DNA of 64,000 nucleotides, taken from the IMG/VR virus record IMGVR_UViG_3300025120_010946, positions 1 to 64,000 of that record; one strand, 5' to 3'. The DNA comes from a virus. The notes under the pieces are model-generated. The model ran no database searches and was not told the origin of the DNA. It saw only the letters and a list, made by a program, of their open reading frames with translations. Positions 44,512-52,167 of the stretch are shown here, one piece after another. Within the stretch, counting starts at the first letter, position 1. The number at the start of each line of letters is the position of its first letter. The position numbers were made by a program, and so were the translations under genes.

Positions 44512-46805
44512 GCAACGGCATCAAGGTTAAAAAAAGAGACGGTAGAATTGAATCTCTTGATTTGGATAAAATGCATCTCATGGTAGAAGAGGCATGTCAA
44601 AGTCTTGCTGGAGTATCTGCAAGTCAAGTGGAGATGCAATCTGGTATTCAATTTTATGATGGTGTTACCACTGATGAAATTCAAGAAATTTTGATTAGAT
44701 CCGCAAGTGATTTGATTGATCTTGATCATCCAAACTATCAGTTTGTTGCTGCTAGGTTACTCCTGTTTGCTGTTAGAAAGCAATTGTATGGAAAGATGAG
44801 ACAACTTCCTCATCTTGAAAAGCATATTGTGGATTGTACTTCCAAAGATGTTTATGACAAAGAGATTTTTGTTAAATATTCAAAGGAAGAAATAGATAAA
44901 GCAAATTCCTTTATCGATCACCATCGAGATTTTATGTTCACTTACGCAGGATTGCGTCAAGTTGTAGATAAGTATCTTGTTCAAGATCGTAGTGGTGGTG
45001 GAGTTTATGAAACTCCCCAGTTCATGTATATTATGATTGCTCTAACTATTTTTGCAGAATATCCAAAAGACACCAGAATGTCTTACGTCAAGAGGTATTA
45101 TGACGCAATCTCCAAACACAAAATCAACATTCCCACACCTATCATGGCAGGAGTGCGAACTCCACTTCGACAATTTGCTAGCTGTGTTCTTGTTGATGTT
45201 GATGACACCCTCGATAGCATCTTTACTTCTGATATGGCTATCGGCAGATACGTTGCACAAAGGGCGGGAATCGGTATCAACGCAGGTCGCATCCGTGGAA
45301 TCAACGCTAAAATCAGAGGTGGAGAAGTTCAGCACACAGGTGTTGTACCATTCCTCAAAAAATTTGAAAGCACTGTCAGATGTTGCACTCAAAATGGCAT
45401 CCGAGGTGGATCAGCAACTGTCCACTTCCCAATCTGGCACCAAGAAATAGAAGACATTCTTGTTCTTAAGAATAATAAAGGCACAGAAGACAATCGAGTG
45501 AGGAAACTTGACTACTCAATCCAACTTTCAAAACTTTTTTACGAACGTTTCATTGCAGATGGGGAGATTAGCTTATTCTCACCGCACGACGTACCAGGTT
45601 TGTATGATGCTTTTGGTACTGATACATTTGACGATCTCTATGTACGCTATGAATCAGATGAGTTTACTCCAAAGAAAACTATCGGAGCACAGGAACTAAT
45701 TTTAGATCTACTGAAAGAGAGGGCAGAGACTGGACGTATTTACATCATGAATATTGATCACTGTAACTCACATTCTTCCTTTAAAGATAAGATTGAGATG
45801 TCTAATCTTTGTCAAGAGATCACTTTACCTACCCATCCCCTTAATCATATTGATGATGAGTATGGTGAAATCGCACTTTGTATTCTCTCAGCTATCAATG
45901 TTGGGAAAGTAAAGTCTGATGAAGAACTTGAAAATCTTTGTGATCTTGCTGTACGTGGACTTGAAGAACTAATTGACTATCAGAAGTACCCTGTGAGGGC
46001 GGCAGAGATCGCTACAAGGGCACGTAGATCTCTTGGTATTGGTTTTATTGGTTTAGCACATTACCTTGCTAAACTGGGGTATGTATATGACTCTCAGGAG
46101 GCGTGGGATGCTGTTCATGGACTTTCTGAAGCGTTTCAATATTATCTTTTGAAGTCCTCCAATAAACTTGCTGAGGAAAAAGGACACTGTGAATATTTTG
46201 GACGTACAAAGTATGCTGACGGTATTCTTCCTATTGATACATATAAGAAAGATGTAGATGAAATTTCTTCTGAAAAGTTGGTTCATGATTGGGAGACTCT
46301 TCGCGCATCTATTTCCACCCACGGACTACGGCATTCAACATTGTCTGCTCAAATGCCATCAGAGAGCAGTTCCGTTGTGTCAAACGCAACAAATGGAATC
46401 GAGCCACCTAGAGACTATTTGTCCATTAAAAAAAGCAAAAAGGGACCGCTTAAACAGGTGGTTCCGTCCTACGGATCTTTAAAGAATAATTACACACTTC
46501 TGTGGGAAATGCCCAATAATCGTGGGTATATTAATATTGTTGCTGTAATGCAAAAATTCTTCGATCAAGCAATCAGCGGCAATTGGAGTTATAACCCCGA
46601 GAATTATCCTGACAACGAAGTACCAGTGTCCGTCATGGCACAAGACTTTTTGACTACATATAAGTACGGTTGGAAAACCTCTTACTACCAGAACACGAAC
46701 GATCTTAAGTCTGATGAAGTAGAGGATGACAAAGAAAAACTGAATACTATGTTATCAGAACTAGAGAATGCTGATGAAGGTGAATGTGAATCCTGCGCGG
46801 TTTGA
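44508..46805 (+). CDS. nrdA: Class Ia ribonucleotide reductase alpha subunit
   Basis: ATP cone VKKRDGR, QFASCVL, SNLCQEI, KTSYY, C-terminal CESC. Confidence 0.98.
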   Translation: MSNGIKVKKRDGRIESLDLDKMHLMVEEACQSLAGVSASQVEMQSGIQFYDGVTTDEIQEILIRSASDLIDLDHPNYQFVAARLLLFAVRKQLYGKMRQLPHLEKHIVDCTSKDVYDKEIFVKYSKEEIDKANSFIDHHRDFMFTYAGLRQVVDKYLVQDRSGGGVYETPQFMYIMIALTIFAEYPKDTRMSYVKRYYDAISKHKINIPTPIMAGVRTPLRQFASCVLVDVDDTLDSIFTSDMAIGRYVAQRAGIGINAGRIRGINAKIRGGEVQHTGVVPFLKKFESTVRCCTQNGIRGGSATVHFPIWHQEIEDILVLKNNKGTEDNRVRKLDYSIQLSKLFYERFIADGEISLFSPHDVPGLYDAFGTDTFDDLYVRYESDEFTPKKTIGAQELILDLLKERAETGRIYIMNIDHCNSHSSFKDKIEMSNLCQEITLPTHPLNHIDDEYGEIALCILSAINVGKVKSDEELENLCDLAVRGLEELIDYQKYPVRAAEIATRARRSLGIGFIGLAHYLAKLGYVYDSQEAWDAVHGLSEAFQYYLLKSSNKLAEEKGHCEYFGRTKYADGILPIDTYKKDVDEISSEKLVHDWETLRASISTHGLRHSTLSAQMPSESSSVVSNATNGIEPPRDYLSIKKSKKGPLKQVVPSYGSLKNNYTLLWEMPNNRGYINIVAVMQKFFDQAISGNWSYNPENYPDNEVPVSVMAQDFLTTYKYGWKTSYYQNTNDLKSDEVEDDKEKLNTMLSELENADEGECESCAV

Positions 46806-47394
46806 TAAACTAAATATTCGTCAGTATAGTTCGGGATTAATTGATGAAGAGATTAATGATCTAATTAAATTAAGTGAAAATGCAAAGGGAGATCCATTTA
46901 GACCTGGTTTTCAGTGTTCTATCTTTGGTGATCCTGATGATACGCACTTTCCTTTATTTTTAGGAGACTTTGATAAACCTGTTGTAAAAAAATTAGAACA
47001 ATCTTTTGTTAATGCCTGTCAAAATTATTTAAATTTGAAGGGGAATTATGAAGCAAGGGGATGGATTTCTGTCAGTTGGACTGATTTTGAAATCGATTTG
47101 CAAAATCAAGGTAGAACAACTAAAGTCGGTCCTTTCTGGCACAATCATACTTATGACAGAGGTAGGTATGATTATTATCGGTTGTCTGGTGTACTATACT
47201 TAACCCTTCCTGAGGGTTCAACAACAACCAGATTTTCTAATCAACCCGATATTAAAAAGAAAGATTTTTTTGATCTGCCCTATATCATAAATGAGTGGTT
47301 TATCTACCACGCCATGTTACCCCATTTACCGGGGGATCCTGGGAAGACAAATAAAAAAAGAATATGTGTAGCAGCAGACTATTGGATTAAGTAG
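46768..47394 (+). CDS. Putative 2OG-Fe(II) oxygenase
   Basis: WHNH...SGVLYL...LPH...RICVAAD cupin pattern; overlaps the nrdA 3' end. Confidence 0.65.
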   Translation: MLMKVNVNPARFDKLNIRQYSSGLIDEEINDLIKLSENAKGDPFRPGFQCSIFGDPDDTHFPLFLGDFDKPVVKKLEQSFVNACQNYLNLKGNYEARGWISVSWTDFEIDLQNQGRTTKVGPFWHNHTYDRGRYDYYRLSGVLYLTLPEGSTTTRFSNQPDIKKKDFFDLPYIINEWFIYHAMLPHLPGDPGKTNKKRICVAADYWIK

Positions 47395-47401
47395 GAAACT
47401 A

Positions 47402-48568
47402 ATGGATTTTAAACTCAACGAAAAGAAAGTTGAAGGCATGACTGTCTTTAACACCGAACAAGTAAATACCAAAAAGCAACCAATGTTTTTTGGTAAACCA
47501 TTGGGTGTTCAGAGATATGATTCATACAAATATCCTATATTTGATAAACTTACTACACAACAATTAGGATACTTTTGGCGTCCTGAGGAGGTGTCTTTAC
47601 AAAAGGATCGTGGTGACTATCAGACTCTTCGCCCAGAGCAGAAGCACATCTATACTTCTAATCTGAAGTATCAGATCATGCTTGACTCTATTCAAGGTCG
47701 TGGACCTGGAATGGCATTCATTCCTTACTGTTCCTTACCTGAACTAGAAGCATGTATGGAGGTATGGGGATTCATGGAAATGATCCATAGTCGCTCCTAC
47801 ACATACATCATTAAGAACATCTATGCAGATCCTTCAGAGGTATTTGATAAGATTGTTACTGATCCTCGCATCCTAGAACGTGCTAGCAGCGTTACAGAGG
47901 CATATGATGATTTCATCAATAGTGCTCAGACATGGGGTAATGGCAACATGTGGAGGGAAGACTTTAGAACTTCTCCATCCTCACAATGGGAAATTAAAGA
48001 TGTGAAACGCAAACTTTACAGAGCAGTTGCTAATGTCAACATACTGGAAGGTATTCGTTTTTATGTTTCTTTTGCTTGTAGTTTCGCCTTCGGTGAGCTC
48101 AAACTTATGGAGGGATCCGCTAAGATCATCTCCCTTATTGCAAGAGACGAGAACCAACACCTTGCCATCACCCAAAACATTTTGAACAAATGGAAACAGG
48201 GTGATGATCCTGAAATGAAACAGATCATGAAGGAAGAAAAGGAGTGGACATACAAAGCCTTTGATCGTGCTGTTAATGAAGAGAAAAGATGGGCAGATTA
48301 CTTGTTCAAAGATGGATCAATGATTGGATTGAATGATAAACTTCTTCAGCAGTATGTTGAGTGGATCGCTAATCGTCGTCTTGTGGCTGTAGGTTTGGAG
48401 CGTCAGTATGACATCCCAGCCAGTAACAACCCTCTGCCATGGACACAGCATTGGATCTCCTCTAAGGGACTTCAGGTGGCACCACAGGAGACTGAGGTGG
48501 AGTCCTATGTGGTTGGTGGAATCAAGCAAGATGTGAAAAAGGACACATTCAGTGGATTCCAACTCTGA
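47402..48568 (+). CDS. nrdB: Ribonucleotide reductase beta subunit
   Basis: FWRPEEV, EMIHSRSY, LEGIRFYVSF, RDENQH, APQETE. Confidence 0.98.
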   Translation: MDFKLNEKKVEGMTVFNTEQVNTKKQPMFFGKPLGVQRYDSYKYPIFDKLTTQQLGYFWRPEEVSLQKDRGDYQTLRPEQKHIYTSNLKYQIMLDSIQGRGPGMAFIPYCSLPELEACMEVWGFMEMIHSRSYTYIIKNIYADPSEVFDKIVTDPRILERASSVTEAYDDFINSAQTWGNGNMWREDFRTSPSSQWEIKDVKRKLYRAVANVNILEGIRFYVSFACSFAFGELKLMEGSAKIISLIARDENQHLAITQNILNKWKQGDDPEMKQIMKEEKEWTYKAFDRAVNEEKRWADYLFKDGSMIGLNDKLLQQYVEWIANRRLVAVGLERQYDIPASNNPLPWTQHWISSKGLQVAPQETEVESYVVGGIKQDVKKDTFSGFQL

Positions 48569-48606
48569 TGTGTGCTTAAATAGGGGAAACGACTTTTTGT
48601 ATAATT

Positions 48607-48768
48607 ATGCCTAAGAATGAATTGAAAAAGGAAGAGTTGAAAAATCGTGTACTTCAATTAAAAAATGATGTATACGAAGAACCTGCTACTATATGGCAGG
48701 GGGATCGAGATATGGCACATAAATATCTCGATAAGGTATTAAACATTATTGATGAGTATCGATATTGA
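48607..48768 (+). CDS. Small hypothetical protein (53 aa, not in ORF track)
   Basis: MPKNELKKEELKNRVLQLKNDVYEE...AHKYLDKVLNIIDEYRY. Confidence 0.6.
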   Translation: MPKNELKKEELKNRVLQLKNDVYEEPATIWQGDRDMAHKYLDKVLNIIDEYRY

Positions 48769-49204
48769 TTATGAGAATCCATGGATCTATTTGGGTGTTC
48801 CCTTTGATGGTAGCCTTATTCGGGACAACTACGGTTTTGTTTATAACATTACCAATCTCACAAACCAACGACAATACATTGGGAGAAAGTATTTTTGGCA
48901 GCACAGAACGCCCAAAGGAAAGAAACGAAAAGTAAAATCCGAATCTGATTGGAAAAAATACTATGGCTCTTGTCCAGAACTTAAAGAAGACATTGAACGG
49001 ATTGGTAGACAAAATTTTAGTCGCAACATCCTTACATTACATAAAACATCTGGCAAAACTAACTACGAAGAAACAAGACAACTTTTTATCAACGGAGTCC
49101 TTACCGAATCCCTTGACAACGGAACCCCAAAGTTCTACAATAGTAACATCCTCAGCAGATACTTTAGAAAAAATTACTATGGATCCAGTGATGCAAGCTC
49201 GTGA
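48752..49204 (+). CDS. NrdA.1-like GIY-YIG-domain protein
   Basis: YGFVYNITNLTNQRQYIGRK, SDWKKYYGS. Confidence 0.75.
   Translation: MSIDIDYENPWIYLGVPFDGSLIRDNYGFVYNITNLTNQRQYIGRKYFWQHRTPKGKKRKVKSESDWKKYYGSCPELKEDIERIGRQNFSRNILTLHKTSGKTNYEETRQLFINGVLTESLDNGTPKFYNSNILSRYFRKNYYGSSDASS
49113..49141 (+). promoter_or_regulatory. Internal sigma70-type promoter probably driving the tRNA cluster
   Basis: TTGACA-17 nt-TACAAT. Confidence 0.55.
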
Positions 49205-49370
49205 TTGGGCAATCAAACGTATTGATAACATGTCCGATGTTGATAATGCAGGGCAAGTCTATGACAAACTTGCTTTGATAGATGAATGGTATGAATGGTT
49301 CGATCTTGACAAAATGGATGGAATGGATTACCTTGTACTTGAAGATCAAACAGAAGAATCTGAAATTTGA
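49179..49370 (+). CDS. Hypothetical acidic protein
   Basis: MDPVMQARDWAIKRI...EWYEWFDL; ATG 49179. Confidence 0.6.
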   Translation: MDPVMQARDWAIKRIDNMSDVDNAGQVYDKLALIDEWYEWFDLDKMDGMDYLVLEDQTEESEI

Positions 49371-49380
49371 CTTTATTTTT

Positions 49381-49454
49381 GTTTCAGTAGCTCAGTGGAA
49401 TAGAGCAACTGCCTTCTAAGCAGTCGGTCGTAGGTTCGAATCCTACCTGAGACG
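49381..49454 (+). tRNA. tRNA-Arg(UCU)
   Basis: Cloverleaf GTTTCAG/CTGAGAC, ACTGC-CTTCTAA-GCAGT, TTCGAAT T-loop; no CCA. Confidence 0.95.
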
Positions 49455-49455
49455 C

Positions 49456-49585
49456 TAACGGAATTGGCAAACTACTTCCGTGCTCACATCTCCGAGAGAA
49501 AAAAGAATCGGAATAAACCCGTGTGGGAAAGGGTGGGATCCCCTTGGTGCCCCGTTGTTGACTGATCACCAACAACGGTATTTTT
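49456..49585 (+). ncRNA. Candidate structured non-coding RNA between tRNAs
   Basis: Five predicted helices in a GC-enriched 130-nt spacer. Confidence 0.5.
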
Positions 49586-49657
49586 GCGGGATTAGTTCAG
49601 TGGTAGAACGTCAGCCTTCCAAGCTGAATGTCGTCGGTTCGAATCCGATATCCCGCT
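49586..49657 (+). tRNA. tRNA-Gly(UCC)
   Basis: GCGGGAT/ATCCCGC, TCAGC-CTTCCAA-GCTGA, U73. Confidence 0.95.
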
Positions 49658-49673
49658 TCCCTCCAAATGTATT

Positions 49674-49868
49674 ATGTCTGAACATGATTTTGGAGGACTT
49701 GAAAGTCATCCTGTCAACATACTAAGATTGATTAGTGAATTGGAAGGATCATCCCAAATGTGTAAATATATGGGGTTTCAAGATGATATGGATACTCTCA
49801 ATGAAATGAAGAAGAGATATTATAAACTCTACTTCAAAACAAAAAAAGAGTATGATAATCCTCTATAG
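49674..49868 (+). CDS. Hypothetical protein
   Basis: 64-aa ORF; its stop lies inside tRNA-Asn. Confidence 0.6.
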   Translation: MSEHDFGGLESHPVNILRLISELEGSSQMCKYMGFQDDMDTLNEMKKRYYKLYFKTKKEYDNPL

Positions 49869-49931
49869 CTCAGTTGGTAGAGCAGGTGACTGTTAATCAC
49901 CCTGTCCCTGGTTCGAGTCCAGGTGGAGGAG
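49859..49931 (+). tRNA. tRNA-Asn(GUU)
   Basis: TCCTCTA/TGGAGGA, GGTGA-CTGTTAA-TCACC, G73. Confidence 0.95.
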
Positions 49932-49956
49932 TTCCAATTACTCTGCAACATTGATT

Positions 49957-50406
49957 ATGGAAGAAAATCTATGGTATTGTACATACCACAGATCAAAAAA
50001 TTATCGATGGGGCAGTGGTAATTGGTGTATTACTGAAGATTTAGAAAAAATTCATTATCTTTTTTTAGAAGATATTCTTCATCTTTTAACGAAAGAAAGA
50101 TTGAAACCCGTTTTATTAAAGTCTATTGGATGGAGAGATAAACATGTTTTTCCAGAACCTTGGGTAACAGAAAGGTATGACTTATGTGATATGCGATGCC
50201 CTGGCATTATTACAAATGGACCCAACCCTTACGATAATAAATATCGAATGGTTGATGGCAGACATAGAATACATAAACTGTTAACTAACGGAATAAAAAA
50301 AAGTAATTATTATGTTATTGAATGGGATGAACTAAAAGATTTCTTTTTAGAAAGTAATGATAGTGTAGTTATTGAGAGATTAGATCGATATATGATGCTT
50401 CCGTAG
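49957..50406 (+). CDS. ParB/Srx-like domain protein
   Basis: PGII...YRMVDGRHRIHKL motif; ATG 49957. Confidence 0.6.
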   Translation: MEENLWYCTYHRSKNYRWGSGNWCITEDLEKIHYLFLEDILHLLTKERLKPVLLKSIGWRDKHVFPEPWVTERYDLCDMRCPGIITNGPNPYDNKYRMVDGRHRIHKLLTNGIKKSNYYVIEWDELKDFFLESNDSVVIERLDRYMMLP

Positions 50407-50419
50407 ATTAGGAAGAACC

Positions 50420-50491
50420 GGGCGAATAGCTCAGAGGTAGAGCACCTCCTTTACACGGAGATTGTCGGGGGTTCGATCCCCTCTTCGCCCA
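50420..50491 (+). tRNA. tRNA-Val(UAC)
   Basis: GGGCGAA/TTCGCCC, CTCC-TTTACAC-GGAG, A73. Confidence 0.93.
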
Positions 50492-50513
50492 TGTCGAATT
50501 CAATGTATGTCAA

Positions 50514-50762
50514 ATGATTATCGTAAGATGCAAAGAATGTAACAAAGAAATTGTCAGTAGCAACAAGACACAAGTCTGTAGTTGTTCTAACATGATGAGT
50601 GTTAAGGGAGATAAAGTTTCTGCAAGAGACTTATCTAAAATCTTAATGATTGACAATGATTCTTTACAAAAAAATAAGTCAGTGTTATCAAATCAGGACT
50701 TAGCCTTTCAAGAAGAACGTAAAAAGAGAAAAGTACGTAAATTGGACTTTGATGTTCGTTAA
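50514..50762 (+). CDS. Zn-ribbon hypothetical protein
   Basis: CKEC...CSC motif. Confidence 0.65.
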   Translation: MIIVRCKECNKEIVSSNKTQVCSCSNMMSVKGDKVSARDLSKILMIDNDSLQKNKSVLSNQDLAFQEERKKRKVRKLDFDVR

Positions 50763-50791
50763 ATATTAATGTAGGCATTCTTTCTACCATC

Positions 50792-50947
50792 ATGCATCCA
50801 GACGAAACTGCCAATTGGGCAATCATCAAAGAGACTTTTGAGGAAAACGGCACAACAGACAACTACTATTATAAGCGAGCTTGTGCTATAGTAGGAGGGC
50901 AACCAGATCCAATGAAATATCTTCCAAATGTCTCACAGGATGGATGA
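50792..50947 (+). CDS. Small conserved cyanobacterial/cyanophage-type protein (51 aa, not in ORF track)
   Basis: MHPDETANWAIIKETFEENGTTDNYYYKRACAIVGGQPDPM. Confidence 0.6.
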   Translation: MHPDETANWAIIKETFEENGTTDNYYYKRACAIVGGQPDPMKYLPNVSQDG

Positions 50948-51110
50948 AATCATACCTGAGCACTATGTAACTGAAAAGCAGTGCCAGGAAATGATTGACA
51001 AAGCAATTGACAAACACAATAAAACTGCTACAATTATAAGTGCCATCCTAGGTGGAATCCTTTTGGCATTTTATTCCCATGGAGTTCTTTCTTTAGTTGG
51101 AAGAGTTTAA
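50928..51110 (+). CDS. Small membrane protein
   Basis: C-terminal hydrophobic helix IISAILGGILLAFY. Confidence 0.6.
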   Translation: MSHRMDEIIPEHYVTEKQCQEMIDKAIDKHNKTATIISAILGGILLAFYSHGVLSLVGRV

Positions 51111-51185
51111 GGGACTGTCGCATATTGGTTAATGCGCTCTGCTTATAACGGAGTCAACTGGGTTCAATTCCCAGCAGTCCTACCA
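51111..51185 (+). tRNA. tRNA-Ile(UAU)
   Basis: GGGACTG/CAGTCCT, CTCTG-CTTATAA-CGGAG, A73 plus encoded CCA. Confidence 0.88.
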
Positions 51186-51258
51186 GGGGGCTTAGCAATC
51201 TGGTGAATGCAGCAAACTCATAATTTGCCTAAGGCGAGTTCGATCCTCGCAGCCCCTA
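51186..51258 (+). tRNA. tRNA with CAU anticodon (elongator Met or Ile2)
   Basis: GGGGGCT/AGCCCCT, GCAAA-CTCATAA-TTTGC; lacks the initiator GGG/CCC stem. Confidence 0.88.
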
Positions 51259-51287
51259 TTGACAAACATACATAAGTCAGTTATAAT
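51259..51287 (+). promoter_or_regulatory. Perfect sigma70 consensus promoter
   Basis: TTGACA-17 nt-TATAAT immediately after the tRNA. Confidence 0.8.
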
Positions 51288-51309
51288 TGAATCGTCAACA
51301 CACAAGACA

Positions 51310-51525
51310 ATGACACTGACTAGCAAATTCAAGAAGGACGTACAGACTCTCCGCAGTGCAGCAAATGGAGAAATCTTTCTCGATGTAAAGAATCCAAAAC
51401 TTTTCAAAAAAGTTCGAAAGTTTTATGAAAGTATTGGTGTTGTTTTTTCGGGTGATGCACTCGATGATTATGATATCTTGATGGAACAAATCTCTGTCGA
51501 TCTTGAATCTGTAGAGGTAGTGTAA
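51310..51525 (+). CDS. Host-like small hypothetical protein
   Basis: MTLTSKFKKD...PKLFKKVRKFYESIGVVFSGDALDDYDIL; ATG 51310 lies downstream of the promoter. Confidence 0.7.
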   Translation: MTLTSKFKKDVQTLRSAANGEIFLDVKNPKLFKKVRKFYESIGVVFSGDALDDYDILMEQISVDLESVEVV

Positions 51526-51680
51526 TGGCATGGACTGAGCAAGAAACAGCAGAATATTTCTATCGCGAAACACTGGTTGACGCTGGTGTTCCTCTTGATA
51601 AAATTGAACCACTAGATGGATCTTCTGAATCCCTAATCAAAAAAATCAATGCCTACTTCCAAGATCAAAGTTCTTTTTGA
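51525..51680 (+). CDS. Small hypothetical protein (51 aa, not in ORF track)
   Basis: MAWTEQETAEYFYRETLVDAGVPLDKIEPL...; TAATG coupling. Confidence 0.5.
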   Translation: MAWTEQETAEYFYRETLVDAGVPLDKIEPLDGSSESLIKKINAYFQDQSSF

Positions 51681-51891
51681 ACGTGCTGCTTTCCGTTTTA
51701 TTGAAAAAGGTATTCTAGAAAATGGAATGCCAGACTATCGCTTGCAGGAACAAGACTACTACAATCGAAAATGGTTTGATGTTTACCTGTTCGACAACCA
51801 GGCACAATGCCTTCTAGCAATGGAAGATGCAGAGTATCCTAAGTGGTTGACAGGTAAACCTTGTTACGTCAAAGACGTTGTATCTAAATAG
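51649..51891 (+). CDS. Hypothetical protein
   Basis: GILENGMPDYRLQEQDYYNRKWFDVYLFDN. Confidence 0.65.
   Translation: MPTSKIKVLFERAAFRFIEKGILENGMPDYRLQEQDYYNRKWFDVYLFDNQAQCLLAMEDAEYPKWLTGKPCYVKDVVSK
51884..51890 (+). promoter_or_regulatory. Late promoter
   Basis: CTAAATA before the ATG at 51915. Confidence 0.55.
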
Positions 51892-51914
51892 TCATATAGA
51901 ATTCTTTACCAACT

Positions 51915-52139
51915 ATGTCAACAAAAGGAACGGCAGCAAAATCTGTAAGTGGTGCAGCGATGTCAAAATATGATGTCGAAGTGGAAGCAAGACTCCAGGC
52001 ACTTGAATCACATACACATGATAAAAGTGATAATGGTGGAGGTGGAGTAGATCCTGAGAAATTTGCTGCACTTGAAGCAAGATTTCAAAAACTTGTAGAA
52101 AAAGTTTCCTACAAACTTGGCGGTGACTACTACGTCTGA
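51915..52139 (+). CDS. Hypothetical protein
   Basis: AAKSVSGAAMSKYDVEVEARLQALE. Confidence 0.65.
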   Translation: MSTKGTAAKSVSGAAMSKYDVEVEARLQALESHTHDKSDNGGGGVDPEKFAALEARFQKLVEKVSYKLGGDYYV

Positions 52140-52145
52140 TATAAT
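52117..52145 (+). promoter_or_regulatory. sigma70-type promoter of the glycan operon
   Basis: TTGGCG-17 nt-TATAAT with TGn. Confidence 0.6.
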
Positions 52146-52167
52146 TACTAAGTAAAAACTATTCATC

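Noticed and set aside
3395-48568. Introns or inteins in gp17, gp20, gp23, gp43, gp41, nrdA, nrdB
   Set aside because: All are uninterrupted, of ordinary length and without splice motifs
48752-49204. Mobile homing endonuclease
   Set aside because: Short GIY-YIG-like domain with no obvious DNA-binding tail; fits the conserved NrdA.1-like type
49561-49569. Hammerhead or HDV-like ribozyme in the tRNA spacer
   Set aside because: Loop reads CTGATCA rather than CTGATGA, and no nested double pseudoknot could be built by eye
49384-49725. ORFs 49384-49575 (-) and 49480-49725 (+); also 51192-51407 (-)
   Set aside because: They overlap tRNA genes or structured RNA; spurious
51259-51309. TTG start for the ORF at 51259
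   Set aside because: This TTG is the -35 box of the promoter; ATG 51310 is the plausible start
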